Shown: positions 7,976 to 17,387, numbered from the stretch's first letter. The stretch is 25,915 nt of DNA from Acutalibacteraceae bacterium (GCA_045630505.1 JAZQTE010000333.1:1-25915); one strand, 5' to 3'. The notes: generated from the sequence alone by a model not told the origin. Numbers and translations are program-made.

Positions 7976-9109
7976 TTAATCTCGTTTTTCGCGCAAGCGT
8001 CTGACGGCGCGAGAAATTACCCAATTATTCGTTTCTACAGCATGATTATGATAAACAAAATTATCGTTCACCGTCTGTTTGAAAAATGCCGTTTTCACAA
8101 TCGTTTTGATATAGTCTTTTACCCCTTTAACGACCGTGAGCCCGCACGTGTTAAAAATATACTGTTTAAATGCGCCTCTATACAAATCAAGGCAAAAACG
8201 ATCGACGGTTTCAACGAGTTGATCCTTGTTTTCTTCTTTCAAAACATCACAATAGCCGTTCAATTCTTTTTCGTATTCTTCGTCGTTTTCATTTAATAAC
8301 AATCGGTTATTTTCAACCTTAACAGGAATCACTTCATAAGCTATTTCTGCACCTTCTATGCGCAAACCGACCATCATTGTTTTTAAATCTACAAAAGATT
8401 GCTTGCGTCGCTGCCACAAGAAGTTTCCCAGGCTATAGAAAATCAAACCGTCGCCATAACGTTCCCACCCTTGTACTACGTGTGGGTGATGACCAATTAC
8501 CACATCTACACCGAAATCAATAAAATTCCGATACGCATCCATCCACTCAGGCATCGGGATATGTAGATTTTCCAATCCGCCGTGCGCTAATAGGACAATC
8601 TTATCGCAAACCTTTTTATATTTTCGAATTTGAAGCAGCAACTCTCGTGAAAACAAATGGGCATGGCCGCAACGCTTTTGCGCATCCGCTGTACCAAAAC
8701 TGTTTTCAGCCGCTGAAAATAATGCGACCGTTACTCCGTCAGCATTGAAAACATAGGGTTCATAGGCGTTCTTTTCACCACAGCTTGCACCGATAACCGA
8801 ACCGCCCATCGACTCCAGGTTTCGCACGGTTGTATTCAGCGCTTTTTCGCCGAAATCCAAGATATGATTGTTCGCCAAACCAAACACGTCAAACCCCAGC
8901 TGCTTCACAACCGTATAGCTTTCATCACTTTGCAACAACAGCGGTCCTGCCTTTGGAGCGGGAGAACTTTTCTCAATATCCCCCGCTGCCCCCTCAAAGT
9001 TGCATACACGAATATCATATTCTTTAAACTTTTCGACGATCTCCGGTGACAATGCAAGCTGTCCATCACCTTGTACAGCAACATCGCCAACAAATAACAT
9101 GTTAAGCAT
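7976..9109 (-). CDS. CapA/PGA_cap family metallophosphoesterase-fold protein, no N-terminal membrane anchor
   Basis: FVGDV, CNFEG, LANNHILDFG, AHGGLE, VIGHHPHVVQG, YSLGNF. Start overlaps the wzx stop. Confidence 0.85.
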   Translation of the reverse strand: MLNMLFVGDVAVQGDGQLALSPEIVEKFKEYDIRVCNFEGAAGDIEKSSPAPKAGPLLLQSDESYTVVKQLGFDVFGLANNHILDFGEKALNTTVRNLESMGGSVIGASCGEKNAYEPYVFNADGVTVALFSAAENSFGTADAQKRCGHAHLFSRELLLQIRKYKKVCDKIVLLAHGGLENLHIPMPEWMDAYRNFIDFGVDVVIGHHPHVVQGWERYGDGLIFYSLGNFLWQRRKQSFVDLKTMMVGLRIEGAEIAYEVIPVKVENNRLLLNENDEEYEKELNGYCDVLKEENKDQLVETVDRFCLDLYRGAFKQYIFNTCGLTVVKGVKDYIKTIVKTAFFKQTVNDNFVYHNHAVETNNWVISRAVRRLREKRD

Positions 9110-10424
9110 TTTCTTTCTTCTTTCGTTTTACAAAGTTTTTCAATTCTTCAATACTGATTTTCCAAGAACGGAAATATAACCCAATAAACGAACGCGTTTC
9201 TTTAAAAAAGGCCGGTGCAATGAACGCCGTGGTGATTTGTGAAATTAACGTCGCGAAAGCCGCACCATTCATACCAAACAAAGGAATAAGAATACTGTTC
9301 AACAGAATGTTAACAATAGAAGAAATGAACACATAATACTTTGAATATTTGTTAAGGTTTTCTGCCAAAATCCACGTACTACCGCGCGCTGAACCAATCA
9401 TGGCAAAGCCCGTACTCCACATCAATATTGTAAGCGGCACATATGCTACCATATACTCTTGACCGTATAGTATGAAAATGGCCAATTTTCCGAAAATCAA
9501 CAACGCAATGCACACTATCACACTCATTGCCGAAACGCCGCAAAGCAACAGTGAAAGTAATCTGGTGTATTCTTTTTCGTCTTTTCCCTTTTTCTCCAAA
9601 ATCAGCACTTTGGCGGAATTGATGATAGCCGTAGGAACAAACTCCCACAAAGTTGCAATCATCGTTGCCGCCGTATAATATCCCACGGCTTTTGAATCCA
9701 TCATGGAACCCAGCATTATTTTATCCACTTGTGTATACAAAGCGATCGCAATGCCCGAAAGAATAAAATGATAGCTTTGCTTAAAGATTCTTTGGGCGGT
9801 ATTAAATTTAAAAGTTAATTTTGTACGATACCGTTTTAAAAAGAAAATAACAACAACCGCACTACTGACCAAATATTCTACGCAGGAAGATGCCGCAAAC
9901 CATTCAACTCCCACTCCGTTTGCCAAGAGTGCAATACGCCATATACACACGAAGGTGTATCCCACCATAGAAGCAATCGATATGAATTTGTATTCCAGTT
10001 TTGCTTGAAACCAATAAGAAACTGCTTCAAACGCACGAAGAACAAGCGCAAACGACTGTAAAAAAGTGACAATATACAACGTGGTGTTTCCCGGCTCGAT
10101 AACACGCAACAAGCCGGCGATCATCCCCATACACACCATTGAGGAGATCAACCGCATTACAAAAGCAGTACCAATAATCTCGCCGCGCTCATCCGGCTTT
10201 TGAATGAGTTCCTTAACAACGACACCGTTCATACCCAAAGTGGAAAAACTCACAAACAGCGAAACCATCGACTGCCCGTAGCCAATCAATCCGTAATTAG
10301 ACGGGCCTAAATACCTTGCGGTGATAGCACCAACCACAAGGGATAACAGCATCGTATAAATTTGATTGGCAACTTGCCAACCGGTACTCCCCAAAAATCG
10401 CCCAAGCGAATTTTTTTTCAACAA
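9102..10424 (-). CDS. wzx: Wzx flippase (MOP superfamily oligosaccharide exporter)
   Basis: Many hydrophobic segments; ARYLGPSNYG, DKIMLGSM, VGYYTAA, LIPLFGMNGAAFATLIS. TTG start with GAAGGT RBS. Confidence 0.9.
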   Translation of the reverse strand: MLKKNSLGRFLGSTGWQVANQIYTMLLSLVVGAITARYLGPSNYGLIGYGQSMVSLFVSFSTLGMNGVVVKELIQKPDERGEIIGTAFVMRLISSMVCMGMIAGLLRVIEPGNTTLYIVTFLQSFALVLRAFEAVSYWFQAKLEYKFISIASMVGYTFVCIWRIALLANGVGVEWFAASSCVEYLVSSAVVVIFFLKRYRTKLTFKFNTAQRIFKQSYHFILSGIAIALYTQVDKIMLGSMMDSKAVGYYTAATMIATLWEFVPTAIINSAKVLILEKKGKDEKEYTRLLSLLLCGVSAMSVIVCIALLIFGKLAIFILYGQEYMVAYVPLTILMWSTGFAMIGSARGSTWILAENLNKYSKYYVFISSIVNILLNSILIPLFGMNGAAFATLISQITTAFIAPAFFKETRSFIGLYFRSWKISIEELKNFVKRKKKENA

Positions 10425-10443
10425 AACGACACCTTCTATCCCT

Positions 10444-11349
10444 TTATCTCTTACCCAAAATTACGTGCTTAATATACAGCTTCGTTCTATCCCATAAAGA
10501 CATATGGAATTTATCGCCATACTTTTTAAGTATCGCTTTATCTGCTTCCAAATGCTCAAATACGCACGTGTGACCTTCTTCAAAAACGGCATCATACGCA
10601 TGATTATTCCCACTGTGTGTGCCCGAACCGTCTGTTCCGATATTCTGAATTCGGGAATACTTCGGAAACACGGTATACATTTCCAGCTTGTTTTGCTGAT
10701 AGCACCAACGGATAGCCCAAGAACTGATAAAGCCTTTCATTTGAGAATCCAACATTCCCGGCATATCGTTACCGGAAACGGTAAACTTCCGTCTCATAAA
10801 CGGATTGATCTTGAACCACTTGTAGTCTTTAACGTCCCAGTCGACTAAGTCCCAACGATCTTTCCACGTAGCCCATCCCCAACTGCAGCCACGATATCCC
10901 ATATACACGTCGTGCGGGTAGTCTAACGTTGCCGGATCAAAAAAGCTGTATCCGCTGATCGACCAGATCTTTGGATTATCCTTGTAGAACGCCAACGCTC
11001 CGTTCATATATTCTAAAAAATCGGTAGTGGTAAGCAAATCATCTTCCATAACGATAGCGCTGCCATGGTGGGTAATGATCTCAGTAACACCGTCGATCAC
11101 CGACGCGGCAAGGCCTTTATTCTTTTCGGCAAAACGAAGTTCCACTTTTTTAAACGATGCTGTCTTCGCAAACTCCGTTACCAATTCTCGGACACGTTCT
11201 ACCGAAGCAACGTCTTTTTCTTTCTTGGCACCGTCAGCAAAAATATATAACACGCTTTCCGCCGCTAAACGATTTTTGCTGAGAGCTTCCAACGTTTTTT
11301 GGGTATGTTCGTATCGGTTATATACAAACAGAATAATCGGTGCATACAT
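10444..11349 (-). CDS. GT-A fold glycosyltransferase (GT2/GNT-I-like)
   Basis: APIILFVYNR, IFADG, NKGLA.SVIDGV, IVMEDDL (DxD-like), SWGWATWKDRW. Start moved to ATG 11349 after AAGGAG; the track start 11406 overlaps wzy. Confidence 0.85.
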   Translation of the reverse strand: MYAPIILFVYNRYEHTQKTLEALSKNRLAAESVLYIFADGAKKEKDVASVERVRELVTEFAKTASFKKVELRFAEKNKGLAASVIDGVTEIITHHGSAIVMEDDLLTTTDFLEYMNGALAFYKDNPKIWSISGYSFFDPATLDYPHDVYMGYRGCSWGWATWKDRWDLVDWDVKDYKWFKINPFMRRKFTVSGNDMPGMLDSQMKGFISSWAIRWCYQQNKLEMYTVFPKYSRIQNIGTDGSGTHSGNNHAYDAVFEEGHTCVFEHLEADKAILKKYGDKFHMSLWDRTKLYIKHVILGKR

Positions 11350-11383
11350 AAACGCAAACTCCTTACTGCTTGTGAATTCAAAA

Positions 11384-12616
11384 TCACTCTGCTTCTTGTC
11401 GTTCACGATCAGCCGTCACGAAAAGGAACAACGGAATAGCAAAGCCTAATTCAAACGACCAAAAAGTGGGGTTTAAAATCTGTAGAATAATAACCATAGC
11501 GAAAGACAAAACGGCAACGTATCCGACCACGGTTCTTTGGGATAATGTACGATACCATTTCCAAAGGCAACCGCCTAAGGCGCAAACAATGGCCAAGCCC
11601 ACCAATCCCCACCTAGCTAACAAGTCCATAAAGAAAGAGTGTCCTCCGCCCTTTTCGGAAGCAAAGAATGACGTACCCAGTATCGGATTTTCCAAAAATG
11701 AATTCCAAGACGCTAAATACATATTCCGTCGCAGCTCGGTATCCTCGCCGACAGTTTCTTTGCCTTGCAGCATATTGGCAATGTCGGCAATTTTTTCTGC
11801 CGAACCTTCCAAAATCGGCCACTCGGATATCCAATTTAATATCGCAGGCAAAAACACGAAAACAATTATTAAAAATAAAACAATAAAGCCTATGCGGCGC
11901 TTTACCGTCTGTAAGCTACCCTGCGAAGGAAAAAAATAGACAATACAAGAAACAAGGAACAACAGTGCCGCCGTGGCAAATTCGCTTTCCACAACACACA
12001 AACCGCTAATAACCGTAACGACAACCGCCGGCAAAGTTTTATTCATCTTGCGCAAAAAGAACACAAAAAAAGGATGAAGCAAAACCAAAGAATAGATAAA
12101 CCCAAAGCCGCCGATGTTATAAGGATAATACAAATTAAACAACGCGGGCTCTGCCGTCATCGCACGGCTGGCTTGCGGAAAGAAAAGTGTTCCTATGTAA
12201 GTAGTAGCCGCCGTAATCGTATACGCTATAATCATTCCCCAGATCAGACGCGTCATCACTCGTTCGTTTTTTCGGATAATCACAAGATATCCCGATAATA
12301 ACGCCAACCCGCAAAGGAAAACATCCCAAAGTGCATAAAAGGGATCGCCGTTTTTAATCACCAACAGCTCTGCCGCCAACAGTAATAAATAGCATATCAC
12401 CGGAACGATCAGGATCGGCACCTTGTTCGCTTGGATTCGGCTTCCTAAAAACAGGAGGATAAACAAGCAGACCAAAAGTGCCATAGCAATATACGTACTG
12501 CAATAGTACGCAAAAATCGGTACCGTTTTCCAAAAAATATAAAAAAGCAATAATAAGCTTAACATCCAGTCCGATGGAATGCTCTTTCGCTTTTTAATAC
12601 CTTTTTGCAACTCCAT
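11384..12616 (-). CDS. wzy: Wzy polymerase / O-antigen ligase family membrane protein
   Basis: About 10-11 hydrophobic segments, a large late loop (RRNMYLASW.SFLENPILG) and GGHSFFMDLLARWGLVG. Polymerase versus ligase cannot be distinguished from sequence alone. Confidence 0.7.
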   Translation of the reverse strand: MELQKGIKKRKSIPSDWMLSLLLLFYIFWKTVPIFAYYCSTYIAMALLVCLFILLFLGSRIQANKVPILIVPVICYLLLLAAELLVIKNGDPFYALWDVFLCGLALLSGYLVIIRKNERVMTRLIWGMIIAYTITAATTYIGTLFFPQASRAMTAEPALFNLYYPYNIGGFGFIYSLVLLHPFFVFFLRKMNKTLPAVVVTVISGLCVVESEFATAALLFLVSCIVYFFPSQGSLQTVKRRIGFIVLFLIIVFVFLPAILNWISEWPILEGSAEKIADIANMLQGKETVGEDTELRRNMYLASWNSFLENPILGTSFFASEKGGGHSFFMDLLARWGLVGLAIVCALGGCLWKWYRTLSQRTVVGYVAVLSFAMVIILQILNPTFWSFELGFAIPLFLFVTADRERQEAE

Positions 12617-12620
12617 TCTC

Positions 12621-13892
12621 TTACTTTTCCCCCGTTAAAATCGTTTTGTAAATAGAAACCAAATCACTCGCAGACGTATATTCCGACAAATATTCATACA
12701 TATATTTTCGAGCTTCTGCACCCATTTCGGCAGCTCTTTGCGGCTCGTCCATCAAGTCTATGATAATACTTGCTAAATGCTCATATTCTTCAAAACGATA
12801 TAAGCACCCATTTTTTCCGTTATCTACAATTTCGGGAACGCCACCCACATAACTTGCCACACACGGAACACCAACCGCCATCGCTTCACGCAGAGAAACA
12901 GAATGGTTTTCAATGCTTGACGGCGTCACAAACACATTCGCCTTCGTCAATTCGTCGGCCATTTGTTCAGAAGCCAAGCGCCCCAGAAATTGAATGTTAT
13001 TTTGCAATCCATTGTCTTCGATCAATCGCATAACGTATTTAAGATATCCGCTTTGCTTAACTCTTTTTAAAATCCCACTTTCAAAAGGATCGGCCATTCC
13101 CGGAACACGCAAAATGGCATCAGGATATTTTTGACAAACGATCTTCATTGCGTTCAAAAGAACGTGAAATCCTTTTAACGGATACCCCACCGGAGCCGTA
13201 CAGAAAACAGAATGCTTTTTACAAGAATCAACGTTCCATTCCTTGTCAAAGAAAATCGGCTTATTATTTAATCTGAAAGTATGTATCCTGCAATCGGGAG
13301 CAATTCCTTTTATCACCGCTGCAGCCCAATCACTTTCGACAATAACATTCCCCGCCAGCTTCAATATTTCCTGCTCGAATTGCGCCCGTTTTTTATACAA
13401 CCGCTTTTGTTTTTTTATAGAGTCATTCTTCAAAAAATCGCGCAGAGAATATGCTTTCCTCAGTTCTTTTTCGGTCATACCGCCGAAATAATGCCGTTCT
13501 ATCGAGCTTAGAATGCCCTGCATGATAACTACCGTGGGAATGGAGCCGGCCGCACGAATAGCGCACAAGCTGTGTGTATATTCCGTTCCCCACACCATCA
13601 TCACATCCGGTGCAGCCGAATCAATAATCTCTTTCCATAAACGCTTATTTGATTTGCTTTCAAAATCGTACACGAATCCCTTGCCACGGGGAACACAGTA
13701 GTACGTAACGTTTTCTTCCGTGAAAGTTTGATATTCCTGAACGCCGCATATAAACGCAACCGAAAGTTGGATTTGCGGCTCTTTCATCAAATCATATAAC
13801 GTCGGATCCATCCACGTCCCGCTTGCTCCGGCAAAAGATAACCGTTTTACAGCACCGCCAATCGGCTGATTTGTTATCCATAAAACTTTCAT
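12621..13892 (-). CDS. Glycosyltransferase family 4
   Basis: MKVLWITN, KGFHVLL, FVTPSSIENHSVSLREAMAVGVPCVASYVGGVPE (ExxxxxxxE motif). Alternative start ATG 13925 overlaps the upstream stop (ATGA). Confidence 0.9.
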   Translation of the reverse strand: MKVLWITNQPIGGAVKRLSFAGASGTWMDPTLYDLMKEPQIQLSVAFICGVQEYQTFTEENVTYYCVPRGKGFVYDFESKSNKRLWKEIIDSAAPDVMMVWGTEYTHSLCAIRAAGSIPTVVIMQGILSSIERHYFGGMTEKELRKAYSLRDFLKNDSIKKQKRLYKKRAQFEQEILKLAGNVIVESDWAAAVIKGIAPDCRIHTFRLNNKPIFFDKEWNVDSCKKHSVFCTAPVGYPLKGFHVLLNAMKIVCQKYPDAILRVPGMADPFESGILKRVKQSGYLKYVMRLIEDNGLQNNIQFLGRLASEQMADELTKANVFVTPSSIENHSVSLREAMAVGVPCVASYVGGVPEIVDNGKNGCLYRFEEYEHLASIIIDLMDEPQRAAEMGAEARKYMYEYLSEYTSASDLVSIYKTILTGEK

Positions 13893-13921
13893 TTCCACTC
13901 CCACTTTCTTTGGAAGAAGCA

Positions 13922-14503
13922 TCATTCTTCGATCTTCTTAATAAACTTAGCCGGATTTCCGGCCCAAATTTCGCCGTCGGGCACATCCTTCGTCACAACC
14001 GAACCGGCACCAACCACGCTGTGCTTTCCAATCGTCACGCCTTTGAGAATGATGGAGAACGCTCCGATGAAAGCACCGTCTTTGATCTCTATCGGCTTAT
14101 TGACTGCATTGCGGTCGCCGTTTTCGATACGGTCACTAAATGAAACGGCATGGAAATCCGTATCATAAATACGGCAACTGCCGCCAATACGCACGTCCTC
14201 ACCGATTGTCACCCGTTCACGGGAAACAATGGTGCAGTTAGACAAGCCGCTGCGGTCACCAATGGTAATCACGCCGTTATGCGACGTGTTCAAGATCGCT
14301 CGCGTGTCACCGCCGATCTGATTCGAACGGCGGCAAGAGTTAATGGTCACTCCGTTGCCAATAGCAAGGGTACCTTTTCCGCAAACATAGATTTTACCGT
14401 TGATCCGCACGTTTTTCCCCACGTGAGCCTTGCGGAGTTTTAACACAATAGAATTGTACAAAAAATCAAAACCATATAACAATTTAACGATCAATGTTTT
14501 CAT
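13922..14503 (-). CDS. Hexapeptide-repeat acyltransferase (maltose/galactoside O-acetyltransferase-like)
   Basis: Left-handed beta-helix repeats, IYDTDFH, IGAFSIILKGVTIGKHSVVGAGSVVTKDVP..EIWAGNPAKFIK. ATG 14503 overlaps the upstream TAA (TAATG). Confidence 0.9.
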   Translation of the reverse strand: MKTLIVKLLYGFDFLYNSIVLKLRKAHVGKNVRINGKIYVCGKGTLAIGNGVTINSCRRSNQIGGDTRAILNTSHNGVITIGDRSGLSNCTIVSRERVTIGEDVRIGGSCRIYDTDFHAVSFSDRIENGDRNAVNKPIEIKDGAFIGAFSIILKGVTIGKHSVVGAGSVVTKDVPDGEIWAGNPAKFIKKIEE

Positions 14504-15408
14504 TAAAGCTCCACACCTTTTTGTAAACAAGCGCGTATCGCATCCGTGTATTTTTCGGGAATTGTATCTTCAACTTCAATTTCGAAAGCCGCATCACTTT
14601 CCGTTAGAATCTTCTCTTTAATTTGATTGGTATAACAAATGGTGTTTTGACGGCCCAAATACCGTGCCCACATAGAAAACGACGATCCGCTTGCAATAAA
14701 CAGCGGCGCTTTAGATAAAGCAATAATATCACTGATCGCATTGCCAAACGTCTTTCTCTGCACGCTTTCCATCGACAGCAAGGGGGCTAACTCTTCGTCC
14801 GTCCCGTCTGAAAACACGTAGGCGGGTACCGTTACCCCACAGATAGCACGCACCTGCTTTAGCATCTCACAATACCATGTGATGGGTAATCGACTGTCGT
14901 GCTTTCCTGCTTTAAGTTCCGCCTCCGTTGCTTTTCCGAAATCGCCTAGCCGTACGTGCAGTAAAAGCGCACCCGCAGCATCAAATTGCAATACCGTTTT
15001 ATCACAAATGTTCGCATATAATGCTTCGCGAAGTTCTGCGTGTGCTTCACGGATCGGTTCAAAGGAACCAATAAACTTTTCAAATACCACAATGCCGTTT
15101 TCGGGGCATTGTTCTGCCATGCTCTCGTCAACTTTTTTGTGTGTCAGCAAAAGCCAAACTTTTTTAAAACCGCCAATCGCTCCGCCAGCATTGCGGAACA
15201 GCCCGATGTAATGACGTTTATCCGCTTCGCGGCGCAAATACGGGCCGATCTTAAGAGAAGGCCACGTAGGCCAGATTACACGACAACCGTTCTTCTTCGC
15301 ATAATCAAGCGCACGCCCGTATGCGAATAACAAATTCCCCAGACCGGCCCCACCTAATCGTATAAAAAACAAGTCTTTGGAAGATAACTTGGGATAAACA
15401 TATTTCAT
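14503..15408 (-). CDS. GT11-like (alpha-1,2-fucosyltransferase-related) GDP-sugar glycosyltransferase
   Basis: GLGNLLF (GT11 GLGNQxF), LHVRLGDF (HxRRGD-like), YVFSDG, and D...LS....I.SGSSFSMWA.YLG (NSTFSWW-like). Start ATG 15408 (alternative TTG 15417). Confidence 0.7.
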   Translation of the reverse strand: MKYVYPKLSSKDLFFIRLGGAGLGNLLFAYGRALDYAKKNGCRVIWPTWPSLKIGPYLRREADKRHYIGLFRNAGGAIGGFKKVWLLLTHKKVDESMAEQCPENGIVVFEKFIGSFEPIREAHAELREALYANICDKTVLQFDAAGALLLHVRLGDFGKATEAELKAGKHDSRLPITWYCEMLKQVRAICGVTVPAYVFSDGTDEELAPLLSMESVQRKTFGNAISDIIALSKAPLFIASGSSFSMWARYLGRQNTICYTNQIKEKILTESDAAFEIEVEDTIPEKYTDAIRACLQKGVEL

Positions 15409-15413
15409 AACGT

Positions 15414-16217
15414 TCAATCCTTTTCCGCCGTTCGTTTTGCAAATCTTTTAAGTTGGTTCCAAACCGACCGTAATTTGAGCCCCCAAGGAGCAGCCATAAA
15501 CGCAAAGTTCAATTTGTAAAACGGATTACTGACCGAACGCTTGGAAAACACGGTTCTCAGTGTCGGCTTTTTATAACCCGTCGTCGCTTCGTTTACACCG
15601 TAACGTACCGTATCGGTGCAGTAAATGACAAAACCCTTTTTGTGGGCACGAATCGTCCACTCATAATCAGACAAATAGTGAGGCAACAGCACGGGATGAA
15701 AACCACCGATCTTCATCCAATCGCTCACACGAAAAAATAAGCTGCGCGTGGAAGCGCAATTTGCTTCCGCTTGCGGTGTCGATATTCTCTCTGCCACCAC
15801 GGCAGGGAAGCGAAAATCCACCGCACCATCCACTTGTTCACCCGTTTGGATGCTCACACCGTATCCCGTAAGCAACGTGTTCGGTTTATCCTTTAGCACC
15901 GACAACGCGGTTTCTAAATACGCCGTATCCCATACCACGTCATCATTGGTGAGCATTACGTAATCGTTAACGTTAACATCGGCTTGTTTAACCCATTGAT
16001 AGGCCTTGTGCAGAGCACCGCCCCACCACAAATTGCCGTTTCCTTGCAGGATAACAGCATCGGGTAAAGCCGCCTTCACCATATCCGCCGTACCGTCGGT
16101 AGATCCGTCGTCCACCATCACCAAGCGAATATCTTGGTAGAACTGTGCCTTGAGTTGTTCAACAAATTTCTCGGTGATCGCTTTGCGATTATGTACCGCT
16201 GTGACGATATACAGCAC
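15414..16217 (-). CDS. Glycosyltransferase family 2
   Basis: IVTAVHNRK, VMVDDGSTDGT, GNGNLWWGG, MLTNDD, HYLSDYEW. GTG start with GGGGAAGG RBS. Confidence 0.9.
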   Translation of the reverse strand: MLYIVTAVHNRKAITEKFVEQLKAQFYQDIRLVMVDDGSTDGTADMVKAALPDAVILQGNGNLWWGGALHKAYQWVKQADVNVNDYVMLTNDDVVWDTAYLETALSVLKDKPNTLLTGYGVSIQTGEQVDGAVDFRFPAVVAERISTPQAEANCASTRSLFFRVSDWMKIGGFHPVLLPHYLSDYEWTIRAHKKGFVIYCTDTVRYGVNEATTGYKKPTLRTVFSKRSVSNPFYKLNFAFMAAPWGLKLRSVWNQLKRFAKRTAEKD

Positions 16218-16231
16218 AGCCCTTCCCCCTT

Positions 16232-17383
16232 TTATTGTTCAATACTGCGTTTTGCAATATCGCTATAGGCAAATTCTTTCATACCTCGTTCCACGGCCAC
16301 TCGTTTCATTTCGCCGTACACCTCGGCATCGCCCGTAATTTCTTCAATAGCGGTTTGTATTTCTGCCACACTGTCTTGCGTTAAAAACTTCACGTTACCG
16401 CCGAGATCTACGTGGGTGGTGCCATCCCAGTATTTACACAGCATCGGCACGCCCTGGGCTGCTACCTGCTCCCAAAACACCGAATGTCGGCCGGGAAACA
16501 CCACCAAATCGGCCGCGGCAAAATAGTCGTACGAATCTTTTGCCTGCACCCAGCCAATGTATTGCACCTGCTCGCCATCGGCAAGCGCATCGACCTGTTC
16601 TTTCAGTTCGGGTGTTACCGAACCGAAAACGATCAGCTTAATATGCTTGTTTTCAATGTTTTTCACCGCTTGCATCAACAGCAGCGTTTGCGTCTTAAAC
16701 GCATCGATCTTGCCGCCCGTCATCACTAAAAAATCGTCTTCGGCAACGCCGTATTGCTCGCGGATACGCGCACGCACTTCAGGCTTTGAAGCGGCTTCCA
16801 CTAATTCGTCATCGGCGCCCATTACCAGCAGCTCGCACTTATCGGCAGGCAGCTTGTACATTTCTCTCAAAAAGTCCACGCGCGCGGGTAACACCCCGTA
16901 GAACTTCGTGGTATACGGCTCAATGCGCTGTGCACACCACCGCCACACGATTTTATGTAAAATGTTTTTGGAAAGCCAATTCGTGGCACTATTGGAAAAA
17001 TCCGCATGATTATCCACATAAACCTTCACTTCGGGATGCTTTTTACAATACCGAACAACGGACAATATATTCAAAAATTGGCATCCGTGTACAAATATAA
17101 CATCCGGGTTTTCGTCTTGCAAAATCCGATGCGCGCCCAAAAACAATTTCACCTTTGAATCCACGTTCCCCAGAAAAGCGGGAATACGTCGCATTGTTAC
17201 GCCATGATAAACATATCTGTCGCGATTGTCTGTTTTAAAATTTGCATCCTCGCCGCGTACCCATTGCGAAGTCAACACCACAACTTCATTACCCAGTAAA
17301 CGATGATATTTTGTTAATGTGTTTTCTTGATAATTCCAGCCATCAGTTACCGTACCAACCAAACACACATGCAAAATCTTCAT
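16232..17383 (-). CDS. Glycosyltransferase family 4
   Basis: MKILHVCL, WNYQEN, VMTGGKIDAFK, DLVVFPGRHSVFWEQVAAQGVP. Start ATG 17383 after AAGGGA. Confidence 0.85.
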   Translation of the reverse strand: MKILHVCLVGTVTDGWNYQENTLTKYHRLLGNEVVVLTSQWVRGEDANFKTDNRDRYVYHGVTMRRIPAFLGNVDSKVKLFLGAHRILQDENPDVIFVHGCQFLNILSVVRYCKKHPEVKVYVDNHADFSNSATNWLSKNILHKIVWRWCAQRIEPYTTKFYGVLPARVDFLREMYKLPADKCELLVMGADDELVEAASKPEVRARIREQYGVAEDDFLVMTGGKIDAFKTQTLLLMQAVKNIENKHIKLIVFGSVTPELKEQVDALADGEQVQYIGWVQAKDSYDYFAAADLVVFPGRHSVFWEQVAAQGVPMLCKYWDGTTHVDLGGNVKFLTQDSVAEIQTAIEEITGDAEVYGEMKRVAVERGMKEFAYSDIAKRSIEQ

Positions 17384-17387
17384 ATTA

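Noticed and set aside
7976-9109. Poly-gamma-glutamate capsule synthesis
   Set aside because: capB/capC are absent and the CapA homolog has no membrane anchor.
10411-10418. A8 tract at the start of wzx as a phase-variation site
   Set aside because: Short for a slippage tract and unremarkable in an AT-rich Lys-Lys-Asn context; the frame is intact. The C7 at 2448-2454 and G6 at 22421-22426 were dismissed for the same reason.
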